Part shown: in pieces, positions 26,772 to 35,602 of the stretch
Position numbering within the stretch: position 1 is the stretch's first letter
Layout of the letters: every line of letters begins with the position of its first letter
Assembly (NCBI GenBank): GCA_009773755.1
Contig: WSZJ01000004.1
Location: forward strand, 44,475-108,474
Source: Planctomycetota bacterium
GTDB taxonomy: Bacteria; Planctomycetota; MHYJ01; WSZJ01
DNA length: 64,000 bases
Direction: 5' to 3'
The notes under the pieces: generated by a model
What the model was told of the DNA's origin: nothing
Database searches by the model: none
Seen by the model: the letters and a program-made list of their open reading frames with translations, nothing else
Made by a program: the position numbers and the translations under genes

Positions 26772-28055
26772 ATGCACCTGACCCGCCGCTACTTCCTGAA
26801 ACTCTCCGGCGCCATCGGCGCCTACCTCGGCGTCACTCCGTTCGATCTCTTCGCCGAGGACGCGGCGCCCGCGGCCGCCCTCAAGCCCGTCAGGAAAGGC
26901 AAGACCCTCGTCCTCGTCTTCATGCGCGGCGGGGTCGACGGCCTCAACCTCGTCATCCCCTGGAAAGACAAGAACTACTCCACTCTCCGCAAGTCCATCC
27001 AGATCCCCTCGCCCTCCCGCGAAAAAAACGACGGCCGCGCCATCGACCTCGACGGCTTCTTCGGCCTCCACCCGCGCCTCGCCGCGCTCCTCCCCTTCTT
27101 CAAGGACGGCACCGCCGCCGCCCTCCACGCCGTCGGCCACGACCGCAACACTCGAAGCCACTTCGAGGAACAGGACGTCTGGGAGACCGGCGTCACCGGC
27201 AACACGATCAATTCCGACGGCTGGGTCAACCGCCACCTTCTCACCTCCACCGGCCACGGCCCGATCCGCGCCGTCGCGATCGGTGAGGCGCTTCCCCGCA
27301 TCATGCACGGCAAGTGCTGCGCCTACGCGGTGCGCGGGATCGACGACCTGAGTCTTCCGGACGGCCGCACGGACCGCGCGACGGTGGGCGCGGCGCTCGA
27401 GCACGCGTACAGGAAGGATGCGAAGAAAAAGGCCGGCGACGCGCGCGACCTTCTTGCGGACACAGGGCAGGCAACGCTCGAAGGAATCGAGAAGCTCCGC
27501 GGGATCGTCGGGCAGAAATACGAGCCGAAGCTGCCCTATCCGCAGACGGACATCGCGCGCCAGCTCATGCAGGCGGCGAGGCTCATCAAGGCCGACGTCG
27601 GCCTCGAAGTCGTCGAAGTCGATTACGGCGGCTGGGACACGCACCAGTTCCAGGGCGCCGCGCAGGGCCCGTACGGCGATCTCGCGCAGGGGCTGGCGGA
27701 AGCGCTGGCCGCGTTCGTCACGGACCTCGGCGAGAAAGCCAACGACGTCATCGTGCTCACCATGTCCGACTTCGGCCGCACGGCCGAGGAGAACGGCACC
27801 GGCGGAACCGATCACGGATGGGGAAACGTGCTCCTCGCGATGAGCCCATCGCTGAAACGCGAAGGTCGCAAGCCGGTCCTCGGCACCTGGCCCGGCCTCG
27901 CCCCCGACCAGCTCCACGACAAGCGCGACCTGATGCACACGACGGATTTCAGGGACGTCATGGCTGAGGTTGTGAAGGGGCATCTCGGGAACGAGACGCT
28001 CGCAAAGGTGCTGCCGGACCATGAATTCAAGGCCGTGGGACTGCTCCAGGCATGA
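26772..28055 (+). CDS. DUF1501 (sulfatase-like fold) protein with Tat-type signal
   Basis: ORF 25044..28055 trimmed to the ATG at 26772, with AGGAG 7 nt upstream. Starts MHLTRRYFLKLSGAIGAYLGV (twin-arginine-like). ..VLVFMRGGVDGLN.. and ..GTDHGWG.. are typical of DUF1501. It is the usual partner of DUF1800. Confidence 0.85.
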   Translation: MHLTRRYFLKLSGAIGAYLGVTPFDLFAEDAAPAAALKPVRKGKTLVLVFMRGGVDGLNLVIPWKDKNYSTLRKSIQIPSPSREKNDGRAIDLDGFFGLHPRLAALLPFFKDGTAAALHAVGHDRNTRSHFEEQDVWETGVTGNTINSDGWVNRHLLTSTGHGPIRAVAIGEALPRIMHGKCCAYAVRGIDDLSLPDGRTDRATVGAALEHAYRKDAKKKAGDARDLLADTGQATLEGIEKLRGIVGQKYEPKLPYPQTDIARQLMQAARLIKADVGLEVVEVDYGGWDTHQFQGAAQGPYGDLAQGLAEALAAFVTDLGEKANDVIVLTMSDFGRTAEENGTGGTDHGWGNVLLAMSPSLKREGRKPVLGTWPGLAPDQLHDKRDLMHTTDFRDVMAEVVKGHLGNETLAKVLPDHEFKAVGLLQA

Positions 28056-28660
28056 TTCCGCCAGGCACTGGCACGTCCGCTCTCGACGCGGCCATCGCAA
28101 ATCACTTTCCAGGCGTCGCACCCGGAATTGCCTTCCCGGTTGGCGACGTGAAGCCGTTCGCCGGCGTGAGAATCTTCCGCGATCCCCAATGCCGTTTCTG
28201 GTTCTACATGACCTACGGGATCAGCGATCTGGTCGAGAAAATGGGGAACCACCCCGCGCTCTCCGGCCGGGGTTACGAATTCACGATGCGCGTTCCCTTC
28301 GAAGCGGAGGCGCCGGTGTGGGTCGCTCCCTTTCTCGGCGAACTGACCCGGATTCTGAAACCGAAGGGCACTTCTCTGTGCGATTCCGAGCCGGTCCTGC
28401 TCGGCCGTCCGCTCACGACGATGGAGCCGACAAGGCTCGACGCCGTTTTTTTCACCGCTGACATCCAGCTCGGCCACGGTATCGACACGCCAAACGGCTA
28501 CGTCTCCTTCCTCCAGGTCGTCGGCATCGACGCAATCGAGGCCGCGGTCCTTTCGTTTACACCGGGCACCACGCTGCCGCTTCTGCGCAAGCTCGGCCCG
28601 GGCAACCCGTTTTTCATGACGATTCTCGACCGCAAGAGTGTGCTGCCGCAAACACAGTGA
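28052..28660 (+). CDS. SUFU (suppressor-of-fused)-like domain protein
   Basis: ATG 28052 shares ATGA with the DUF1501 stop. ..FWFYMTYGISDL..SGRGYEFTMRV..PVWVAPFLGEL..IDTPNGYVSFLQVVGI.. matches the bacterial SUFU-family pattern as I recall it. Confidence 0.7.
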   Translation: MIPPGTGTSALDAAIANHFPGVAPGIAFPVGDVKPFAGVRIFRDPQCRFWFYMTYGISDLVEKMGNHPALSGRGYEFTMRVPFEAEAPVWVAPFLGELTRILKPKGTSLCDSEPVLLGRPLTTMEPTRLDAVFFTADIQLGHGIDTPNGYVSFLQVVGIDAIEAAVLSFTPGTTLPLLRKLGPGNPFFMTILDRKSVLPQTQ

Positions 28661-28789
28661 GGTCATGCGGGGGGCTCTTCGAAGGGCAGGATGCCGCCCT
28701 GAGCGGGCGGAGCGAGTCGAAAGGGGCGTCCACAGCGTGATGGTACCCGGCACCGCTCGAGCGCACTCGCCGGGCCGTGCCCATGTAAG

Positions 28790-29896
28790 ATGCGACGCGT
28801 GCTCCGCTTCTCCACGGCTCTCCTGCTCGCCACAGCCACGGCCTTCGCGGAGGATCCACCCGTCTCCAAGGCCGAGGGTTTTGGCGCCACCTCGAAGGGC
28901 GGCGACGGCGGCGCGGTCGTCAAGGTCACGACCCTCTCAGATTCGGGGGCGGGATCGCTTCGGGAAGCGCTGGCATTCTCCGGCCCGCGCATCATCCGCT
29001 TCGACATTGACGGCACCATCGACCTGAAGTCGCCTCTTCGTTGCACGGAGGGGCGCGTGACAATCGACGGAGCCTCGGCGCCTGGAAAGGGCGTGACGGT
29101 TTTCCGCCATGGGATTCAGTTCCGCGGCGACTGCGACGACATCGTGGTGAAGCAGCTCCGGATCCGCGTGACCGAGGGCGGAGCCGAAGGCGATTGCATC
29201 ACGATGTGGGGGAAGGACGGCGGCACGATCGAGCGCGTCCTCATCGACCACTGTTCGCTCGTCGGCGCGACGGACGAAGGAGTGAATACCTGGGGCGAGG
29301 TGCACGACGTCACGGTGCAGTGGACGATTATTGCGGAGGGGAAGAACAAAGCCGACCACCCAAAGGGGATTCACAACTATGGCTGGCTCTCCGGCGTCGG
29401 CTCCGACCGGATCACGATCCACCACTGCCTCTTCGCGAGCAACATGGACCGGAGCCCGAAAGTGCAGGGCGGCCTCTACGACATCGTGAACAACGTGATC
29501 TACAATTGGAGCGGCAACAACGCTTCCAAGATCGACGAAGGCGCGCGCGCCAATGTTGTCGGAAACTTCTGGATCGCCGGCCCTCGGTCCTCGCCTGACC
29601 GCGGGTGCGTCTTCGTCAACGACGCGGAGAAGGGGACGCGCGTGTTTGCCGAGGGAAACGTGAGCGCGCTGACGCCGAAAGGGACCGAGGACGCCTGGGG
29701 GATCGTGACGTGGTACGAGGGCGCGAAGGCGCACCGGCCCGCGCCGGACGAGTTCCGGGCGAAACTGCGATTCGAGGCTCCGAAAGTAGCGGCGCAGCGC
29801 GCGGCCGAAGCTCGCGAGCTTGTATTGAAGCGAGCCGGCCCGAAGTGGCGGGACGCGGAGGACGAGCGAATCCTGAAGGAAGCAGGAGCCCAATAG
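28790..29896 (+). CDS. Secreted pectate lyase-like protein (PL1-type right-handed beta-helix)
   Basis: Signal peptide MRRVLRFSTALLLATATAFA. N-terminal EGFGATSKGGDGGAVVKVTTLSDSGAGSLREAL is a typical pectate lyase start. Also ..HCSLVGATDEG.. and ..NMDRSPKV.. (Arg-Pro of the catalytic region). Confidence 0.75.
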   Translation: MRRVLRFSTALLLATATAFAEDPPVSKAEGFGATSKGGDGGAVVKVTTLSDSGAGSLREALAFSGPRIIRFDIDGTIDLKSPLRCTEGRVTIDGASAPGKGVTVFRHGIQFRGDCDDIVVKQLRIRVTEGGAEGDCITMWGKDGGTIERVLIDHCSLVGATDEGVNTWGEVHDVTVQWTIIAEGKNKADHPKGIHNYGWLSGVGSDRITIHHCLFASNMDRSPKVQGGLYDIVNNVIYNWSGNNASKIDEGARANVVGNFWIAGPRSSPDRGCVFVNDAEKGTRVFAEGNVSALTPKGTEDAWGIVTWYEGAKAHRPAPDEFRAKLRFEAPKVAAQRAAEARELVLKRAGPKWRDAEDERILKEAGAQ

Positions 29897-30008
29897 GGCA
29901 GCCATCCTGCCGCCCGTCGGGCGGGCGGATCGAGGGCCCGATCGAGGCGATTCCATTGCCGACGGCTTGCTTCCGCGGAACGGAGCTACCGAATCCGTAT
30001 TATCTTCG

Positions 30009-31458
30009 CGTGAATTCTCCCTTCGAATCGCTCAGGGCGGACCAGGCTTACCTCTTCAGACACGCCCTTCTCAGGGACGCCGCGTATCAGCTCCAGCTCC
30101 CCGGCGACCGCGCGCGGCTGCACGCGCTGACATTCGCGGCGATCGAGGCGATCTGTGGTGGGCGGGCGCCCGGGCCGCTGCCCGGCGACTACGACGAGCG
30201 TTCCTTCCAGCCACACCCGACGGATCCGTTTTCGCTCGAACTCGCGGACCACGCGACGGCCGTCGAGTCGCTTCCCGCCTTGCGCGGGGGAAGCGCGAGC
30301 CTCGATGACGCCAGGGGTGCGCGCCGGCTCTACCTGGGCCGCGCGGCGGAAATCGCGGAGAGGAGCTTCCAGAACGACGTCGCGGTGAAATTGTGGGGGG
30401 TTCACGCGGAGACGGTGGAGGGACTTGAGAAAGGCGAATCCCTGCGCCGAGCCGCGATTGTCGCGTTCCGTTCAGGACGGCTGACGACCGCCGAGCCCCT
30501 CTTCGAGCAGGCGCTCGACCTGTTCCGGGAGGGCGGAGACCGGCGTCTCGAAGGCGCGGTCCTCGGCAGCCTGGCAAGCGTGTACAAGGCTTCGGGTCGC
30601 ATGGCGATTGCGGAACGCAGCTATGGACAGGCGCTGGCGCTTCACCGCGAAACCGGAAACCGGAAAGCGGAGGGAGTCGAGATGGAGAATCTGGCGAGCC
30701 TGTGGCACGAAACCGGGAGGATCGAACAGGCCGAGGCATACCACCGGCAGGCGATTCTCATCAGCCGCGAAGCCGGCGACCGTCGCGGAGAGGGAATCGC
30801 CGTGGGCAACCTCGCGATCCTCCTCGACGAAACCGGGAGGTTTCAGGAAGCCGAGCGGTGCTTCGAAAGCGCGCTCGAGATTCACCGGAAGGTCGGCAAT
30901 CGGCGCATGCAGGGGATAAACCTCTGCAATCAGGCCTCGGTTTTCCGCAGGGCCAGACAGTTCGAAGTGGCCAGGCGGAAGTTCGAAGAGGCGCTCGCAA
31001 TCGACCGCGAAGTCGGCAATCGCCAGTCACAGGGGATCGCGCTCGGCAACCTTGCAATCCTGTGCAAGGAGCAGGCTCGATTCGAGGAATCGGAACGTCT
31101 TTACGGCCAGGCGCTCGAGATCCACCGGGAGATCGGCAGCCGTCGCTACGAAGGAATCACGCTGGGCAGCCTGGCGAATCTCCACCTTGGGCTCAGCCGG
31201 CACGGTCTGGCCCGTCCGCTTTTCGAGCAGGCCATTCAGATCGATCGACAGGTCGGCAACAGACGCTTCGAGGGCCTGCACCTCTGCGACCTCGCTCTCC
31301 TTCACCTCGACCTCCAGGAAATCGTTGAAGCGCGGGCGCTGTGGACCGAGGGAACGACCATTCTGCGCGTGCTCGGCGACGTCGGGCAGCTCGAGCTTAA
31401 TTCGGCGGTCATCCGCAAGGCCTGCGAGCTCGCCGGCGTGCCTTGCTTTGAAACATGA
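30009..31458 (+). CDS. TPR-repeat protein resembling the C-terminal part of a STAND NTPase (no NTPase domain); start uncertain
   Basis: ORF 29605..31458; its 5' part overlaps the pectate lyase gene out of frame. The first plausible start after 29896 is GTG 30009. It begins ..AYLFRHALLRDAAYQLQLPGDRARLHALTFAAIE, a motif that normally follows the ATPase/wHTH of AAA_16-type STAND proteins. About eight ~40-aa TPR_12-like repeats follow (..GNRRxEGxxLxNLA..). Confidence 0.65.
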
Positions 31459-31472
31459 GCGGGCGCGGCAAT

Positions 31473-32864
31473 TCAGGCTTTCGACCCGCCGCCGCCCTCG
31501 AGTTCCTCGATGCGCTTCACGTAATACTCCTCCGCCACCACGCGCCTTTCGTGCAGTTCGCGGATCGCCTGGACGCCGATGAGCGGAGAATCGTGGAGAA
31601 GCCGCAACAGGGCGGCCTCGTCGGCGACTTCGATGAGCTCGCAACCTTCGTCGCCCGCGCGAAGCGTCGCGGTGCGCGGCTGGCCGGGCTTCAAGAGCGC
31701 CGCTTCGCCGAAAAAACCCTCGGTGCATTTCTGCGCCCAGCCGGTCTTCTCGATCACGACGACGCCGTGGCCGCGCTCGAGCACGAACATCGTGGTGCTG
31801 GGCCCGCCTTCCCGCGCGATGAGTTCGCCGGGGGCGTAGCGGCGGCGGCCGGAGGGCGGGAGGAGGTCGAGGGCGCCGCGCGGGCTGGAGAGGTAGCTTT
31901 CGAGATCCTCGAGGAGGGCGCGCGCGCCCGAGTAGCGTTCGGCCGGAACCCGGCGAAGGCAGCGGCCGACGATTCCCTCGAGGGCTTTGGGGACCGGGTC
32001 TGCGAAGCGGCGCTTTTCGGGAAGCCGGCCCAGGACTTCGTTCGGCGGCGGCGCGATTTCGCTCACGAGTTTCGAAAGAACCTGCGCTGTGGAGTCGCCG
32101 GAAAACGGAAGCTCGTGCGTGAGAATCTCGTAGAGAACGACCCCCAGCGACCAGACGTCGGCGCGGACGTCGATGCGCTCCAGCGCCCCCGCCGCCTGCT
32201 CCGGGGCCATGTACAAGGGAGTCCCCATGACGGCGCCTTCCATGCTGAGGTACGGGTCCTCCTGCGACGCCGGATCGCCGACAGGCAGGTCCGGCCGCCC
32301 CAGCCATTTCGCCAGCCCGAAGTCCAGCACGCGCGCCCGCGTGTAGTCCGGAACGAGCAGGATGTTCGCGGGCTTCAGGTCGCGGTGCACCACCTTCGCT
32401 TCGTGCGCATACGCCATCCCCTCGCACACCCGGAGGAAATCGCGCAGCAGCCGTGCACGGGAAGCGCTTCGAGTTGAGCTGTCCGAGGCGCGCTCGCCGA
32501 GAAGAACGTCGCTGAGTGAAGTCCCCTGGACCATTTCCTGCACGATGGCGAACGACGTGCGCCCCTCGTGCTTCCACATGCCGAAGTCGTATATGCGGAT
32601 GATGTTGGGGTGCACAAGCCCGGCGAAGGTGGCCTCCCGGCGGAAGCGCTGGAGTCGCTGCATCGAGTTCGCGGTAAGTTCGGTGCCGCCGCCGGAGTCG
32701 AGATCGAGCGGGAACACCTTGAGGGCCACGTGCCTGTCCTGCAGCGTGTCGCGCGCCTGGTAGACGACGCCCATGCCGCCGCGTCCCAGTTCGCGCACGA
32801 CGACATACCGCCCCGGGGTCAGCGGCGGATCGACGAACGCAGTTTTCCCGGAAGGCACGGTCAT
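31473..32864 (-). CDS. Ser/Thr protein kinase with C-terminal cyclic-nucleotide-binding (CNB) domain
   Basis: Trimmed to the Met at 32864 (MTVPSGK). Kinase motifs GRGGMGVVYQA, VALKV, HRDLKPANILL, DFGLAK, GTPLYMAPEQ and DVWSLG. The C-terminal CNB phosphate-binding cassette is FFGEAALLKPGQPRTATLRA. Confidence 0.88.
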   Translation of the reverse strand: MTVPSGKTAFVDPPLTPGRYVVVRELGRGGMGVVYQARDTLQDRHVALKVFPLDLDSGGGTELTANSMQRLQRFRREATFAGLVHPNIIRIYDFGMWKHEGRTSFAIVQEMVQGTSLSDVLLGERASDSSTRSASRARLLRDFLRVCEGMAYAHEAKVVHRDLKPANILLVPDYTRARVLDFGLAKWLGRPDLPVGDPASQEDPYLSMEGAVMGTPLYMAPEQAAGALERIDVRADVWSLGVVLYEILTHELPFSGDSTAQVLSKLVSEIAPPPNEVLGRLPEKRRFADPVPKALEGIVGRCLRRVPAERYSGARALLEDLESYLSSPRGALDLLPPSGRRRYAPGELIAREGGPSTTMFVLERGHGVVVIEKTGWAQKCTEGFFGEAALLKPGQPRTATLRAGDEGCELIEVADEAALLRLLHDSPLIGVQAIRELHERRVVAEEYYVKRIEELEGGGGSKA

Positions 32865-33073
32865 CGACGGTTCCCCTCCTGCGACGGTCAGCGTCCGGCG
32901 CGGGGGTGATGATAACGCAGAATTGGCACCCGCGACTCCGACTCGTCGGGACGGCACCTGAGCGGAAGTCCCGCCCTTCGACGAACCCGCCTCTTCACCT
33001 GTGCCTTGAAATCATCGGGACGCCTGATACAGTCCCCCGGGAAATTTCTCAGGCAAACGGGAGGGACGGCTCA

Positions 33074-35482
33074 ATGCAGAACTTCATTCCGACGTTCATC
33101 GCGGAACAGAACAAGGCGGGGAACAGGAACGGCACGCTCAAGGCGACGGCCCTCTTCGTCGACATCAGCGGATTCACGCCCCTCACGGAGAGGGCTTTCA
33201 AGCTGGGGGACTCGGGCGCGGAAGTCATCTCGCGCGAGCTGACGAGGCTGTTCGACCCGATGGTCGATGCCGTGCACAAGCGCGGCGGGTTCATCGCCGC
33301 GTTCGCGGGCGACGCGTTCATGTCGGTCTTCCCGGAGAGCGGGAAGGACGGCGCCGGCGCGGCCACGAACGCGCGCGACGCGGCGGCGGAGATCATGGAG
33401 TTCGTCAAGAAGCGCGGCACCGCGAAACTGGGGACCAAGAACATCCGGTTCGCCGTGAAGTGCGGACTGGAGCGAGGGAAAGTCGACTGGGGTATTCCCC
33501 TGTCTGAGGACTCAAAGGCCCGGACCTGGTATTTCCGCGGAGACGCCATTGACGGCGCTTCGGTCGCTGAGCACGGCGCGAAGAAGGGTCAGATCAAGCT
33601 GGGGCCGATCGTCGCGAAGGCGCTGAAGGGCGCCGCGAAGGAGGCTGGCAAGGCGACGGCGACGCCGACGACGGCTCCGCCCAAGGGTTTGCTGGAGGCG
33701 TTCTTCCCGAGCGAGATCGTCGAAGCCGGGGACCGGGCGGAACTGCGCCACGTGGCGAGCTGTTTCATGCAGTTCGAGGGCGTGAAAACGCACGAGCAGG
33801 TGCAGGGAGTCTTCCGGGAGCTGGTCACGGGCATCGCGACCAATGGCGGCGTCCTCAACCGGATCATGTTCGGGGACAAGGCCTTTTCTGCGCTCGCGTT
33901 CTTCGGCGCGCCCAAGGCGACCGAGCATTCCGAAAGCAACGCCGTGGCGTTCGCGCAGGCATTCCGGGCGAGCTCGTCGGCCAAGCTGAAGGGAGTCCGT
34001 ACGCGCATCGGGATCGACGCGGGCTTGTGCTACGCGGGGCCTGTCGGCGGCGCGCGGCGCAACGAGTGGTCCTGCCTCGGCGACGCCGTCAACACCAGCG
34101 CACGCCTCATGTCGTCCGCGGATCGCGGCGCCACCCTCGTCAGCGATCGCGTCAAGCACGCGGCAGAGTCCGGCTGGGAACTGAAGTCCCGCGGCAAGTT
34201 CAAGATGAAGGGGAAAGCGAAGAAGGAAGAGGCGTTCGAGCCGGGCGCGAAGCGCGGCTCCTCGCTGGGATTCACATACAAGTACCCGATGCTGGGTCGC
34301 GACAAGGAACTCGCGCAGCTTTCGGACTTCCTCGCACCGATTTTCGCCGCCACGCCGGAATTCGTCGGCGTCGTACGCCTGCTGGGCGAGCCCGGCCTCG
34401 GAAAGACACGCCTGGTCGCGGCCTTGCGCGCGAGCCTCGAAGAAAAAGGCAAGCCCTTCCACTGGATCCACATGCCCTGCGACGGCGTGCACAAGAGCGG
34501 CTGGAATTCCGTGGGCACCTGGCTCCGGAATTTCTTCGCGGTCACGGACGGCATGGAGCAGGGCAAGAAGAAGAAAGCGATCGAGAAGCGCTACGCGGAG
34601 TACTCCGACAACCCGAAAGTCCCCGAGTACACGCGCGGCGAATTGAAGCGCACCCTGAGCTTCGCGGCCGACATGGTCGAATGCCACTGGGAAGGCTCTC
34701 CGTTCGAGAAGCTGGACGACCCGAAGCTGCGCCACGAAAACCGGATCATCGCCGTAAAGGAACTGGTGAGGGCGCTCGCCGCCGTCGCCCCCGTCGTCAT
34801 CGAAGTCGAGGATTCGCACTGGCTGGACGCGTCCTCCGCCGCCTGGCTCACCGCCATGACGCGCAACATCGCCGGCCTTCCCCTCGCCATCGTTTCCACT
34901 TCGCGCTTCGCCGACGACGGCACCAAGCCGCCGCTCGAGCTCGCGCGCGAAACAAAACTCGTCGACGTGGAACTCCAGCCGATCGCCGGCGAGGAATTCA
35001 CGGCCGCCATGGCCCGGGCGCTTCTCGGCGCCGGCGTCGTCCTCGACGCCGAAGCTCTTCGCATGATCACCGCCAAGGCGCGCGGCAACCCGTTCTACAC
35101 CGAGCAACTCCTCCTGCACGTCCACGACACCGGCGAGCTCATCCCCGCCGCTGCCCCCGAAAAGACCGTCGTCCCGACAGGCGGCGGCACTTCGACACGC
35201 GTCATCCGCAGGATGAAACTCAAGAGCGCCGATACCGCCCGCCTCCCCGGCTCCCTGAGCTCCCTCGTCACCGCACGTATCGACCGCCTCTCCCCCGAAG
35301 TCCGCGAAACCGTCAAACACGCCAGCATCCTCGGCGTCCGCTTCCTGGCAAACGTGCTGGGCGAACTTCTGAAGCGGTCGGGCGCCGTGAAGCGGTCTCT
35401 CGACGACCTCCTGCTCGAATCCCAGCGGGAGGGCGTCCTCGTGCCCGCGAGCGGTCCGCAGGAGCCGGCGGCCAAGACGTAG
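33074..35482 (+). CDS. Tandem class III cyclase domains fused to AAA_16-type P-loop ATPase (STAND), apparently lacking a C-terminal repeat region
   Basis: ORF 32906.. trimmed to the ATG at 33074. Cyclase 1 has ATALFVDISGFTPLTE..AFAGDAFMSVF. Cyclase 2 has ASCFMQFEGV..GDKAFSALAFFGAP..LGDAVNTSARLMS. Walker A is LLGEPGLGKTRLV and Walker B is PVVIEVEDSHWLD. The protein ends shortly after the wHTH-like region (..SQREGVLVPASGPQEPAAKT). Confidence 0.85.
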   Translation: MQNFIPTFIAEQNKAGNRNGTLKATALFVDISGFTPLTERAFKLGDSGAEVISRELTRLFDPMVDAVHKRGGFIAAFAGDAFMSVFPESGKDGAGAATNARDAAAEIMEFVKKRGTAKLGTKNIRFAVKCGLERGKVDWGIPLSEDSKARTWYFRGDAIDGASVAEHGAKKGQIKLGPIVAKALKGAAKEAGKATATPTTAPPKGLLEAFFPSEIVEAGDRAELRHVASCFMQFEGVKTHEQVQGVFRELVTGIATNGGVLNRIMFGDKAFSALAFFGAPKATEHSESNAVAFAQAFRASSSAKLKGVRTRIGIDAGLCYAGPVGGARRNEWSCLGDAVNTSARLMSSADRGATLVSDRVKHAAESGWELKSRGKFKMKGKAKKEEAFEPGAKRGSSLGFTYKYPMLGRDKELAQLSDFLAPIFAATPEFVGVVRLLGEPGLGKTRLVAALRASLEEKGKPFHWIHMPCDGVHKSGWNSVGTWLRNFFAVTDGMEQGKKKKAIEKRYAEYSDNPKVPEYTRGELKRTLSFAADMVECHWEGSPFEKLDDPKLRHENRIIAVKELVRALAAVAPVVIEVEDSHWLDASSAAWLTAMTRNIAGLPLAIVSTSRFADDGTKPPLELARETKLVDVELQPIAGEEFTAAMARALLGAGVVLDAEALRMITAKARGNPFYTEQLLLHVHDTGELIPAAAPEKTVVPTGGGTSTRVIRRMKLKSADTARLPGSLSSLVTARIDRLSPEVRETVKHASILGVRFLANVLGELLKRSGAVKRSLDDLLLESQREGVLVPASGPQEPAAKT

Positions 35483-35602
35483 CGCTCACAGGCTTCCTTT
35501 TCCACGGGGAGACCGGGGTTCGGGCCCGCATATCGCTCACCAGCGGAGCCGGAATTCCGGAAATTTGTCGAGGGGATCGCTCCCCCGCGGTGTCTTACCA
35601 TC

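Noticed and set aside
29605-30008. Upstream 135 codons of the TPR ORF
   Set aside because: This part overlaps the pectate lyase gene in another frame and has Arg/Gly-rich composition. The first sensible start after the lyase stop is GTG 30009, which is itself uncertain.
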